NCBI GenBank assembly: GCA_015233195.1
Contig: JADFYE010000002.1
Span: 90,184 to 154,183 of the forward strand
Length of the DNA stretch: 64,000 nucleotides
From: Candidatus Omnitrophota bacterium
GTDB lineage: Bacteria; Omnitrophota; Gorgyraeia; Zapsychrales; Zapsychraceae
Direction of reading: 5' to 3'
Made by a program: the position numbers and the translations under genes. Under the pieces are notes generated by a model, which was not told where the DNA came from, made no database searches, and was given only the letters and a program-made list of their open reading frames with translations. Positions 49,127 to 58,052 of the stretch are shown in pieces. Numbering within the stretch: position 1 is the first letter of the stretch; each line of letters begins with the position of its first letter.

Positions 49127-49348
49127 ATGGATAATGAAAGAGAGATAGTAAGTATATTTTCTAAACACCTGCGGAAATTGAGAATTAAAAATAATTTAAC
49201 TCAAGAAAAATTAGCCGAATTAGCGGATATTTCTTATAAAAATATCCAATACCTTGAATCAAAAAATCCAACCTGTCCGAACCTCATAACACTTAACAAA
49301 ATTGCTAACGCCTTCAAAATTTCTCTCTCGAAACTATTAAATTTCTAA
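49127..49348 (+). CDS. XRE-family helix-turn-helix regulator
   Basis: LRKLRIKNNLTQEKLAELADISYKNIQYLESK is a classic HTH_3 pattern. It is paralogous to the protein at 50929..51138. Confidence 0.8.
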   Translation: MDNEREIVSIFSKHLRKLRIKNNLTQEKLAELADISYKNIQYLESKNPTCPNLITLNKIANAFKISLSKLLNF

Positions 49349-49714
49349 CAACGCTGATTCAACTACCTTACTTCCATAACGACCTAAAATTTTATTAATC
49401 TCTGCTTCAGACTTATTAGGAAGTTTAAATCTCAAATCCTCCTCACTCTTTATCTCTTCATAGCCCATATTTTTTAATATTATTTTAGTGTTTCCATCCG
49501 ATAAATCTAATATATCCATCCATTTCCCTGCACTGACGACATATACTGCACTCACATTACGAACTTCCCCATTCGGACATCTAAAGACTAGTCGGTTAGC
49601 TTTAAAGCAATTCTCAACCGTCCTGTATCCATTAAGAAGAATGGCGTATTCTATTTTTTCAGAGATACCAACTTCAGATTCTAATTTTTTTAATCTACTT
49701 TGATAATTCTTCAT
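49337..49714 (-). CDS. Hypothetical protein
   Basis: A 125-aa ORF that converges on and overlaps the XRE gene by 12 nt. No motif recognised. Confidence 0.4.
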   Translation of the reverse strand: MKNYQSRLKKLESEVGISEKIEYAILLNGYRTVENCFKANRLVFRCPNGEVRNVSAVYVVSAGKWMDILDLSDGNTKIILKNMGYEEIKSEEDLRFKLPNKSEAEINKILGRYGSKVVESALLEI

Positions 49715-49800
49715 TCCTATTGCTCCCTCAAAAGAAATTTATTGTACTATTATTCACACAAAAAAAGACCTTCAGGTTCTATACCTGATTTTAAAGAGTC

Positions 49801-50862
49801 TTAACCTACTGTAATCATTTCACTTAAAGCATCAGGTGCATTTGTTTGTGCCAATTTTGTGCCATTTAGCTGGTCCAAACAATTAACGGCAAGTGTTTTA
49901 TGGTAACAACTTAGATGAGCATAGCGTAAAGTCATTTTGATGTCTTTATGGCCTAAAAGTTCTCTGACCGTATTTAAATCGATTCCTGCCATTACTAATT
50001 GCGAAGCAAATGTGTGCCGCAAGTCATGAAAACGAAAATTTGTAATCTCCGCGCTTTCCAAAGCGGAATAAAATGATTTCTTTATATCCACAAACGCATT
50101 CCCGGTTTTACCAACAAAAATAAAGGGGCTATCCGGCATTTTTCTCACTCGAAACAATATGCTTTTAACCGTCTCATTCATTGGAATTTCCCGCATTTCA
50201 TTATTTTTTGTTCTTAGCAAAAATATAATTCCCCGGTTCACGTCCACGTCGTGCCATTTAAGATTAAAAATTTCTCCCTTTCTCATGCCAGTATTTAAGG
50301 CAAACTCCACAATATCTTTTAAATAACCCTCGCATTGTTCCAATAAGCGCTTTATTTCCTCTTTTTCCAAATATCGGGTTCTTTGATTATTCAATTTATA
50401 AAACTTAACCTTTGCCACCGGATTGATGCCATTGTATTTTTCCCATTCGATCGCCTTATTAAACATGGTCTTTAAGGTACACAACACTTTATTAACGCTT
50501 GATTTACTTACTTTTTTAAGATGATCTATTTTTAAACGTTCAACATCAATAACTTTTATTTCATGCAAAAAGCGATCACCAAAATATTCATTTAAATGCT
50601 CCATATTATGTTTTTCAGATTTACCCCAAGTAGGACGGTTTGGCTTCAGATGGAGATCAATATATTCTGCGGAAAAGTCTTTAAAATTAACTTTTGAATG
50701 ATTTCTAATATCTAAAAATTTGTTCTCAGCAATATCAACCAACCTTTTTTTAAGGATAGTTTCTGCAATGGCTTTATTGGGGGCAACAACCTCCCTTATT
50801 CTTCGTCCATTACACGAAAAATCAATACCCCATTTATTTCCTCTTTTAAATACTTTTGCCAT
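49801..50862 (-). CDS. Tyrosine-type site-specific integrase
   Basis: I prefer the start at 50862 (MAKVFKRGNKWGIDF...). The catalytic region has TGMRKGEI (Arg), HDLRHTFAS (HxxR) and LGHKDIKMTLRYAHL (the Tyr). Confidence 0.9.
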   Translation of the reverse strand: MAKVFKRGNKWGIDFSCNGRRIREVVAPNKAIAETILKKRLVDIAENKFLDIRNHSKVNFKDFSAEYIDLHLKPNRPTWGKSEKHNMEHLNEYFGDRFLHEIKVIDVERLKIDHLKKVSKSSVNKVLCTLKTMFNKAIEWEKYNGINPVAKVKFYKLNNQRTRYLEKEEIKRLLEQCEGYLKDIVEFALNTGMRKGEIFNLKWHDVDVNRGIIFLLRTKNNEMREIPMNETVKSILFRVRKMPDSPFIFVGKTGNAFVDIKKSFYSALESAEITNFRFHDLRHTFASQLVMAGIDLNTVRELLGHKDIKMTLRYAHLSCYHKTLAVNCLDQLNGTKLAQTNAPDALSEMITVG

Positions 50863-50928
50863 AGCTATAATATACACCCAACAATCATTGGGTGTCAATA
50901 TTTATATACCTATTTATAATAGGGTGTT

Positions 50929-51138
50929 ATGAAAACTAAAGAAACATTTAGTAACAACGTTAAAAAATATCGCCAAAAGAACAACCTGACTCAAGAAGAG
51001 CTCTCAGAGATTTCAGGCGTCGCTTACAAATACATTCAAAAAATCGAAGGTAAAACTACACCCAACGTAGGAATTGATTTAGTTGAAAAATTAGCTAAAG
51101 CATTAAAAACAACATCCTCAAAACTCCTTGAATCTTAA
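50929..51138 (+). CDS. XRE-family HTH regulator, divergent from the integrase
   Basis: The HTH_3 pattern is VKKYRQKNNLTQEELSEISGVAYKYIQKIEGK. Confidence 0.8.
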   Translation: MKTKETFSNNVKKYRQKNNLTQEELSEISGVAYKYIQKIEGKTTPNVGIDLVEKLAKALKTTSSKLLES

Positions 51139-51329
51139 CTTATACTGTCAACCTTTACCGCTTTCAACCAAACCATAATTTCTTTCCGATTAAATTTCAC
51201 TAACCGTCCTATTTTATAATAAGGAAATTTTCTCGTATGCACCCAAGCATAAACCGTGCTTTCCTTTACACCTAGAAAGCTGGCTAATTCTTTTATCCCT
51301 AAATAACGATCATCCGTAAAACTGTTCAT
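51135..51329 (-). CDS. Excisionase-family (MerR/AlpA-like) DNA-binding protein
   Basis: YLGIKELASFLGVKESTVYAWVHTRKFPYYKIGRLVKFNRKEI matches the helix-turn-helix excisionase pattern. Confidence 0.75.
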   Translation of the reverse strand: MNSFTDDRYLGIKELASFLGVKESTVYAWVHTRKFPYYKIGRLVKFNRKEIMVWLKAVKVDSIS

Positions 51330-51709
51330 TTTCGCCCGTTGTCCTGTAACATAACTTTTTCTTCAATTTTATCTAACCGCTCTTCAATTTTTTCTATCTC
51401 GTGCGATCTAAAAGCAAAATTTAAAATATCTTTATAAACTAACCTTTTAAGCTCCGGACCTTCCTCGTCCATAAGTTCAATTAATCCTTCCACCGCTTTG
51501 ATCATAGCGTATTTCAAACGCTGCATACTAGCATTAATGACTTCTTCTCGTTGTCGTTTAAGTTCATTTTTAAAAACCTCATCTTTAAGCCAATAATATA
51601 TCGTGGTTTTGCTTATTCCTGTTTTCCGGCTTGCCTCCTCAATAGATGCTGAAGAAATGATATTGGCAATCGCAAGATACTGATTATTTTTTAATTTTAG
51701 TTTATCCAT
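51326..51709 (-). CDS. HTH protein resembling a phage small-terminase / regulator N-terminal domain
   Basis: The HTH SIEEASRKTGISKTTIYYWLKDEVFKNELKRQREE is followed by a helical tail. It is translationally coupled (ATGA overlap) to the excisionase gene. The function is inferred only from pattern resemblance. Confidence 0.4.
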   Translation of the reverse strand: MDKLKLKNNQYLAIANIISSASIEEASRKTGISKTTIYYWLKDEVFKNELKRQREEVINASMQRLKYAMIKAVEGLIELMDEEGPELKRLVYKDILNFAFRSHEIEKIEERLDKIEEKVMLQDNGRK

Positions 51710-51801
51710 ACTTAAAGCCCCTTTATGTGTTCAAAATCGTTCACTTTAGTGCAATAATGATAATTTGTTCACTGCCTTTTTATTTTTTAAAAATACTTAA
51801 C

Positions 51802-51984
51802 TCAAGTCTGTAATTTTTGATTAAAACGACCTTTCATATTGCCAATCCCTTTCCTGTTTGGATTCTTACCCATTCTGAAAGGATAAATTGGACATCCCGG
51901 TATTAAACAATCACGAATTTCACTTGGTTGACCATTAGAACACTCTAAACATTTTTCTCTGATTGATCTTATTGGTGTATTCAT
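51802..51984 (-). CDS. Small zinc-finger protein
   Basis: 60 aa with the four-cysteine pattern CLECSNGQPSEIRDCLIPGCPIYPFRMG. Confidence 0.5.
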   Translation of the reverse strand: MNTPIRSIREKCLECSNGQPSEIRDCLIPGCPIYPFRMGKNPNRKGIGNMKGRFNQKLQT

Positions 51985-52107
51985 CGCCTACCTTAATTTC
52001 CTTTTATATACATAAACATGATTTTCTTAGCTTTAGCTCTATTCTTTATCCATGCCAAGCATTATCTATATCTCAGCTTTTATCCTTATCCAAGCTTGAT
52101 CTAAAAA

Positions 52108-52187
52108 CCCGAGCCTCCGTATGCTTGTGTATGTCTCAGTTGGTAGAATAGTAAGACCAGTGCTGAGAAGAGTTCCGGAGGCCCGGG
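52108..52187 (-). ncRNA. Structured RNA element / complex terminator downstream of the 101-aa gene
   Basis: The outer 12-bp stem pairs cccgagcctccg (52108-52119) with cggaggcccggg (52176-52187), with one mismatch. A nested 6-bp stem (tctcag/ctgaga) is visible on the minus strand, where the structure is followed by a T-run. Confidence 0.35.
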
Positions 52188-52192
52188 AAAAA

Positions 52193-52498
52193 TTATAAAA
52201 TTTTATCAATTTCATATTTTGTTTGGTTTCTTTTACCAGTTCTTTTAATAAGAAGATAATCCCCTATTGAATAAACGCACATTTGTTTTGCTAATTCCCT
52301 TGATGTTCTGTCCCAAAACAACTCTTTTCCTTCAACCTCTAATTTGTAACGTACACATTCCACCTTTGTACCCTGAAAAGTTGTTTGCACCTTTTCAGCA
52401 CCAAGCAATCTAACTGATTTTTCTTCACCATCCGGTAAATCAAAAAACTGCGACTTGCTATCAACAAAACTGTTTAAAACATTTTTTAAATCTGACAT
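52193..52498 (-). CDS. Hypothetical protein
   Basis: A 101-aa ORF with a GAGGAGG RBS upstream. No motif recognised. Confidence 0.5.
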   Translation of the reverse strand: MSDLKNVLNSFVDSKSQFFDLPDGEEKSVRLLGAEKVQTTFQGTKVECVRYKLEVEGKELFWDRTSRELAKQMCVYSIGDYLLIKRTGKRNQTKYEIDKIL

Positions 52499-52616
52499 TT
52501 GAACCTCCTCATTTAAAATATTAAAAAAAAATCCTACGGATGTACTCCATAGGATCTAACTATAATATAAATTTAAACTATTTCCACGACGGATTAGTGC
52601 AAATAAGCCTTATATG

Positions 52617-53399
52617 CTATTTGCCAGAAACTTCCTCGATCATTTTTCTACACGATGCATAGTCTCTCTTTACTTTTTGTTTTCCATATTCAGGATTAGC
52701 AACAAAGTCTTTTGGGTAAAACTTAGCAGCTATTTGGGCCCAGCCCCATTTCTTCTTTTCTCGATAATCAAAAATTTTCAAATTACATTCATATCTATCA
52801 AATCTTTTTCTATTGTCTTTTTTAATCTTTGGGCATTCAACAGCATGCCAGATCTTCATAAGGTCTGTCATGTCTTGAATAATTCTTTCCAAAGTGCCAT
52901 TGACCCTTACCGCAAATTTTAAACATTGGATTTGTGGATCATTCACAATATTTAATTTGCCATCTCCGTGTGTTAATTCAAAAACACATTTTTCGTTTCT
53001 CTCAAAATCACGAACTATACTTTCACAAAAATACGCTGGATATTTATCACAATAAGCATCATTCAACTTATAACCAACTTCCACCATCGTCTTAAATTCT
53101 TTTTCTAGATGACCTTTTATGTTCATTGACACAGACTTATATAATTTGAAAAAAGGAATTAATGGATTAACAGGTATACGCAACCCAAATTTCTTTTTAA
53201 AAATTGCACAATGTTTTAACCTATAATTTTGCACTACATTTAATATATTGCTTTTCAGATTATTTAAACCGTTTTGATAAAGCTCAAAATCACCTTTATA
53301 TTCTTCATTCCTTCGCAAAAACTCCCATCTAAAACCATAAATCAAATATCTTTCTTCTTGTGCAGTAGTCAGCTCATTTATCTTTTTTTTTGCTTTCAC
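52617..53399 (-). CDS. Hypothetical protein with a 'WEFLRRN' (DUF6499-like) N-terminal motif
   Basis: YLIYGFRWEFLRRNEEYKGDFE resembles the W-E-F-L-R-R-N-x-x-Y motif I recall from mobile-element-associated proteins. This is the first gene inside attR. Confidence 0.45.
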   Translation of the reverse strand: MKAKKKINELTTAQEERYLIYGFRWEFLRRNEEYKGDFELYQNGLNNLKSNILNVVQNYRLKHCAIFKKKFGLRIPVNPLIPFFKLYKSVSMNIKGHLEKEFKTMVEVGYKLNDAYCDKYPAYFCESIVRDFERNEKCVFELTHGDGKLNIVNDPQIQCLKFAVRVNGTLERIIQDMTDLMKIWHAVECPKIKKDNRKRFDRYECNLKIFDYREKKKWGWAQIAAKFYPKDFVANPEYGKQKVKRDYASCRKMIEEVSGK

Positions 53400-53531
53400 T
53401 TTTTTCTCCTAAAAAGTTAAAGGTACAAGTAATCCATGTGCCGGATTTGTGCCAACTTTGTGTCAAAACTGGTCAAAATTCATGATAATTGGTAGTAATT
53501 GTAGCTTTTTAGAAAGGATTTGGCAAGAACC

Positions 53532-53562
53532 AAAAAACCCGACTATCTCGTCGATAATCGGG
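53532..53562 (-). terminator. Island-encoded terminator following the reconstituted tRNA-fMet
   Basis: Stem cccgactat (53538-53546) pairs with ataatcggg (53554-53562) with one mismatch. The A6 run at 53532-53537 gives a U-tract on the minus strand. It lies 10 nt from the tRNA 3' end. Confidence 0.6.
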
Positions 53563-53570
53563 CTTTTATA

Positions 53571-53626
53571 TTGGTTGCGGGGACACGATTTGAACGTGTG
53601 ACCCCCAGGTTATGAGCCTGGTGAGC
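53571..53626 (-). repeat. attR: the 3' 55-56 nt of the intact tRNA-fMet, identical to attL
   Basis: Exact match to 42007-42062. Confidence 0.9.
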
Positions 53627-53648
53627 TACCTGGCTGCTCTACCCCGCG
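53572..53648 (-). tRNA. Initiator tRNA-fMet (anticodon CAT)
   Basis: The reverse complement is CGCGGGGTAGAGCAGCCAGGTAGCTCACCAGGCTCATAACCTGGGGGTCACACGTTCAAATCGTGTCCCCGCAACCA. It is 77 nt with an encoded CCA. It has the C1xA72 mismatch and the CTCATAA anticodon loop. The sequence is close to my recollection of E. coli tRNA-fMet. Confidence 0.9.
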
Positions 53649-53661
53649 GCTATCTTTACTG

Positions 53662-53937
53662 CTATTTCTTTTTCGCAGGCTGCTGGTCGATCCTATAGAT
53701 CACTTCCCCTTCCCGCGCTACGCCCATTTTTTCTCTGGCTACTTCTTCCAGATATACAGGGTCGCCTTCTATTTTTCTTCTTTCATTCACCAAATCACGG
53801 TTATCTTTTTCAAGATCTTTGATCTGCTGTTGATATTCCGCGATCTGTTTTTTCTGATCCTGAATCTTTTTATACGACGGTAAAAACACGATCAAAATAA
53901 ACAAAGTTGTTATAAATAATGTGAACGCGTTTTTCAT
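53662..53937 (-). CDS. ftsB: Septum formation initiator family protein (FtsB/DivIC-like)
   Basis: 91 aa with an N-terminal TM helix and a coiled coil (QIAEYQQQIKDLEKDNRDLVNERRKIE). The conserved tail is DPVYLEEVAREKMGVAREGE. It sits in the typical position downstream of eno. Confidence 0.7.
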   Translation of the reverse strand: MKNAFTLFITTLFILIVFLPSYKKIQDQKKQIAEYQQQIKDLEKDNRDLVNERRKIEGDPVYLEEVAREKMGVAREGEVIYRIDQQPAKKK

Positions 53938-53990
53938 ATCCGAGAATTCATTAGTATAAAGGTTTTCTTTTTTTCGTCAAGCAAAACAAT

Positions 53991-55262
53991 TTACCAAATC
54001 TTTCTCCAGAGTGAACCACCGTATACTGCTTTGCTTCCCAATTCTTCTTCAATACGTAATAATTGATTATATTTTGCTAAACGGTCAGTTCTGGATAATG
54101 AACCAGTCTTGATCTGTCCAACACCAGTTGCAACTACCAAGTCAGCAATAGTCACGTCTTCAGTTTCACCTGAACGATGTGACATAATCGATGTATATTT
54201 ATTTTTACGTGCCAAATCAATAGTATCTAAAGTTTCGGACAAACTACCAATCTGATTAACTTTAATCAAAATCGAGTTAGCAATCTTTTTATCAATACCC
54301 ATTTTCAAACATTTTACGTTAGTCACAAAAAGATCGTCGCCTACTAATTGAACGTTGCCGCCGATCTTTGCGGTTAATTCCTGCCAGCCGTCCCAGTCAT
54401 TTTCATTCAAACCGTCTTCAATTGAGATTAACGGGAATTTTTTGATCATTTCAGCGTAAACATCGACCATCTGTGATGATGTCAATTGTTTGCCATCAAA
54501 TTCATATTTTCCATTTTTATAAAATTCAGATGAAGCAGCATCTAAAGCGATAAAAATATCTTTATCAGCTTTGTATCCGGCTTTAGCAATAGCTTCCAAA
54601 ATAACTTCAATACCTTCCGCATTACTACGTAAGTTCGGAGCAAAACCGCCTTCATCGCCTACTGAAGTGCTCAATCCCTTAGCTTTTAAAATTGATTTTA
54701 AAGTATGAAAAACTTCGCAAGCCATACGCATTGCTTCTGAAAAAGTCGGAGCGCCGACCGGAGCGATCATAAACTCTTGCACGTCCAAATTGTTATCAGC
54801 ATGCGCGCCGCCGTTGATGATATTCATTAAAGGAACTGGTAAAATTTTAGCTTCTTCTCCGCCTAAAAATCTATAAAGCGGTTGTTTAGCTTCACAAGCT
54901 TCGGCTTTAGCACAAGCCATTGATACACCTAAAATCGCGTTAGCGCCAAGTTTGCTTTTAGTGTCTGTACCGTCTAAACCAATCATAATTTTATCGATCG
55001 CGCGAAATTTTGCTTCTTTACCAACAACAGCGCTGGATATCACAGTATTAACATTATTCACTGCTTTTGAAACACCTTTTCCCATCCAGCGTGATTTATC
55101 ACCGTCACGAAGTTCAATAGCTTCCCGTTCGCCGGTTGAAGCTCCTGATGGAACTGCCGCACGACCAAAAGCGCCATTATCTAATGTTACATCGACTTCA
55201 ACGGTAGGATTACCGCGGGAATCAATAATTTGACGACCCTTAACTTTTACGATCTTACCCAT
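53991..55262 (-). CDS. eno: Enolase
   Basis: Enolase signature blocks include [26 protein letters not shown] and [25 protein letters not shown]. Confidence 0.97.
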   Translation of the reverse strand: MGKIVKVKGRQIIDSRGNPTVEVDVTLDNGAFGRAAVPSGASTGEREAIELRDGDKSRWMGKGVSKAVNNVNTVISSAVVGKEAKFRAIDKIMIGLDGTDTKSKLGANAILGVSMACAKAEACEAKQPLYRFLGGEEAKILPVPLMNIINGGAHADNNLDVQEFMIAPVGAPTFSEAMRMACEVFHTLKSILKAKGLSTSVGDEGGFAPNLRSNAEGIEVILEAIAKAGYKADKDIFIALDAASSEFYKNGKYEFDGKQLTSSQMVDVYAEMIKKFPLISIEDGLNENDWDGWQELTAKIGGNVQLVGDDLFVTNVKCLKMGIDKKIANSILIKVNQIGSLSETLDTIDLARKNKYTSIMSHRSGETEDVTIADLVVATGVGQIKTGSLSRTDRLAKYNQLLRIEEELGSKAVYGGSLWRKIW

Positions 55263-55465
55263 AAATCCACCTCTCTATAAGTATAATGTTAAAAACCTTT
55301 TTAATATTTGATTGCGTCAAAATAACACAAATCCCCAGCTTAGTCAAGAAAACCCTCCGTAACCCCGGGGGTTGCTTTTGGTTGTTTTACTTTTTTTTAA
55401 TTAATTGATATGGTAGACTTGTAGCATAACTTGTTGTTTAACCTGTATTTAGAGAGAATAAAGCC

Positions 55466-58045
55466 ATGGCGAAATGTTGTCCTCCTCCACAAAATAATAG
55501 TTTTGAAACATTTGATAATAATAAAAAATATAAAAATGATCCTTTTAAAAAATTTCTTATTTTCCTCAAACTAAATGCGGCTTGGATCATATTTTGGATT
55601 GTAATAATTCTGGTCGCTATTGCATCAGTCTTATTTATTAATTATTGCTTCACCAATTTCGGTCAAATGGAAGGCTATTACAAAAAATCCATGTCTGCAC
55701 AAATGGCTTTAATGCTGCCGATGTTTGCATTAGTGCAATTAATTACTCTTCCTATGTATTTATTAATGAATTACTGGTTAATGCAAGGCGGCGGAATTGG
55801 TACACTTAAAAAAGGCAGCGTCAACCCAAAAGACATGGAAGTAAAATGGGCAGATGTTATCGGCATGGAAGATGCTAAAAAAGACGCTTGGGAAGTTGTC
55901 GAACTTTTACGCAATCAAAAACTTTTACAGCAAGTCGGCGGCAAAATAATTAAAGGCACGCTTTTAATCGGTCCTCCCGGATGCGGTAAAACTTATTTAG
56001 CTAAAGCGATTGCAACCGAATGCGAAATGCCATTAATTTCCACAGTCGGAAGCGAATTCGTATGTATGTTCGTAGGACAAGGCGCGGCAAAAATGCGTTC
56101 ATTATTTAAGAAAGCGCGTAAACTTGCTAAACTCCACGGCGGCTGTATTATTTTTATCGACGAGATTGATTCTTTTGCCCGACCGCGTACCGGCGAAAGC
56201 GGTTTTGGCGCTTCCTCCTCCATGAATGCTACTGTTAACCAATTCCTGACTGAATTAGACGGGCTTAATGCCAAAGAAAACAACATTGTAATTATAGCAG
56301 CGACGAACGTTGAAGAAGAAGAACTTGAACCAGCGATCATGCGTTCTGGACGTTTTGACCGTAAAATCCGAGTTGAAAAACCAACCTCTAAAGAACGTGA
56401 AGCCTTAATCACATATTATTTAGGTAAAGTGCAATCCGATGCCGGCATTGATATCCCAGCTTTAGCTGACCACTGTAAATGGTTTTCTCCATCTGATATC
56501 AGCAACATGGTCCGCGAAGCAGGTATTATTGCGTTACGCGATAAACGGTTAAATATCTCTAAACCCGACTTGGATGAAGCAGTAAAACGTATTATGACTT
56601 CAATTGAAAAAATGGGCGGAGATAAAATCCTAAGTCAAAAAGTCAATGTCAAATGGGATGAAGTTATTGGCATGAAAGAAATAAAAGAAGAAGCCTGGGA
56701 AATAGTTGAGTTACTGCGCGACCGGCAAAAACTTCAAAAGATTGGCGGTAAAATTGTAAAAGGTATTTTGTTTTTTGGTCCTCCAGGATGCGGCAAAACT
56801 TATATAGGCAAAGCCATGGCAACCGAATGCGGTTATCCCTTTATTTACAAATCCGGCAGTGAAATCGGAGGAATTTTTATCGGGTTAGGCGCAAAAGCTA
56901 TCAAACATTTATTTGATGAAGCCCGTAGACTAGCCCGCGCTGAAGGCGGTTGTATTATTTTTATCGACGAGATTGATACTATTGCCCGGCATCGCGTTTC
57001 CGAATTTGGTTTTGGCGGCGGTCAAGATCACAATCAAACCATCAATCAGTTATTAACTGAGATGGACGGATTAAGACAAAATGAAAATAATATTATTCTC
57101 ATGGGCGCTACTAACGCGCAGGAATTTGAACTTGATTCAGCCTTAATGCGGGCTGGACGGTTTGAAAGAAAAATTTATGTTACATTGCCAAATCTCAAAG
57201 ACCGGGAAGAATTATTTAAATTTTATTTAGCCAAAGTATCAACTGAGCCTGATGTTAAACCTGATATCTTATCCCGACGTACTTTATGGTTTTCCCCGGC
57301 TGATATCGACAATATGATCCGTGAGGCTGGTCTTATCGCCTTACGCGATAAACGTGAAGTGATCTCATACAAAGATCTATCTAAAGCCTATGACCGAATT
57401 TTATACGGCGCAAAATCCAACACCAATTTAAGTCCTCAAGAAAAAGAATGGGTCGCGTACCATGAATCAGGTCACGCGATAATCGGCTATATTCTTAATC
57501 CTACAGACGATGTAATTAAAGCTACCATCATACCTCATAAGGGCGCATTAGGTTTTGTTGCTCCTCGAGCAAGAGAAGAATATCATATCCAAACCCGGGA
57601 ATGGTTTATTGCTAGGATTAAGACTTGCGTTGCCAGTTACGCGGCGGAAATGATCAAATTCGGTTCTACTGGCAGCGGCGTAGGCGGCGGACCAGGCTCT
57701 GATTTTTTTACCGCTATGGAATTGGCTAAATCCATGGTCTGGAATTACGGCATGGGACCCTCTGGTCTCGTGGGTGATTTTACAGCAATGGAAAGCTTGC
57801 GTTATAAAATAAATGATAATGCGTTTTTATCAGAAAAAACCCGAGAACGGTTAAATGATGACGTGCAGTCAATTTTACAAAACTGCATCAAAGATGTTAC
57901 TGATATGCTTAATCAAAACCGAGGACTACTTGACCATTTCGCCCAGCAATTAGTAGAAAAAGGCGAGCTGGAATACGACGAGATCGAGACCATATTCAAT
58001 CAATTTAATGTAAAACCCTTGACTCGAAAAAGCTTAAATAATTAA
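55466..58045 (+). CDS. FtsH-like membrane metalloprotease with two tandem AAA+ modules and an M41 peptidase domain
   Basis: There are two N-terminal TM helices. Walker A (GPPGCGKT), Walker B (IIFIDEID) and an SRH region (SGRFDRKI / AGRFERKI) each occur twice. The pore loops are MFVG and IFIG. The HEXXH motif is HESGHAIIGY. Confidence 0.85.
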   Translation: MAKCCPPPQNNSFETFDNNKKYKNDPFKKFLIFLKLNAAWIIFWIVIILVAIASVLFINYCFTNFGQMEGYYKKSMSAQMALMLPMFALVQLITLPMYLLMNYWLMQGGGIGTLKKGSVNPKDMEVKWADVIGMEDAKKDAWEVVELLRNQKLLQQVGGKIIKGTLLIGPPGCGKTYLAKAIATECEMPLISTVGSEFVCMFVGQGAAKMRSLFKKARKLAKLHGGCIIFIDEIDSFARPRTGESGFGASSSMNATVNQFLTELDGLNAKENNIVIIAATNVEEEELEPAIMRSGRFDRKIRVEKPTSKEREALITYYLGKVQSDAGIDIPALADHCKWFSPSDISNMVREAGIIALRDKRLNISKPDLDEAVKRIMTSIEKMGGDKILSQKVNVKWDEVIGMKEIKEEAWEIVELLRDRQKLQKIGGKIVKGILFFGPPGCGKTYIGKAMATECGYPFIYKSGSEIGGIFIGLGAKAIKHLFDEARRLARAEGGCIIFIDEIDTIARHRVSEFGFGGGQDHNQTINQLLTEMDGLRQNENNIILMGATNAQEFELDSALMRAGRFERKIYVTLPNLKDREELFKFYLAKVSTEPDVKPDILSRRTLWFSPADIDNMIREAGLIALRDKREVISYKDLSKAYDRILYGAKSNTNLSPQEKEWVAYHESGHAIIGYILNPTDDVIKATIIPHKGALGFVAPRAREEYHIQTREWFIARIKTCVASYAAEMIKFGSTGSGVGGGPGSDFFTAMELAKSMVWNYGMGPSGLVGDFTAMESLRYKINDNAFLSEKTRERLNDDVQSILQNCIKDVTDMLNQNRGLLDHFAQQLVEKGELEYDEIETIFNQFNVKPLTRKSLNN

Positions 58046-58052
58046 TTTATTT

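Larger units (their letters stand above)
42007..53626. mobile_element. ~11.6-kb integrative island in tRNA-fMet (tyrosine integrase, xis and XRE regulators, no virion or conjugation genes)
   Basis: It is bounded by the 55-56-bp direct repeat of the tRNA 3' end. It contains an integrase (49801..50862), an excisionase, two XRE HTH genes, pseudogenes and orphan cargo. Confidence 0.85.

Noticed and set aside
52130-52165. A tRNA-like D-arm sequence (tctcagttggtagaa).
   Set aside because: I could not build an acceptor stem, an anticodon arm or a T-arm around it. It lies inside a larger hairpin and is not a tRNA.
55993-56412. A 139-aa minus-strand ORF inside the ftsH-like gene.
   Set aside because: It is antisense to strongly conserved AAA+ coding sequence and gives an S/R-rich translation. 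It is a shadow ORF.
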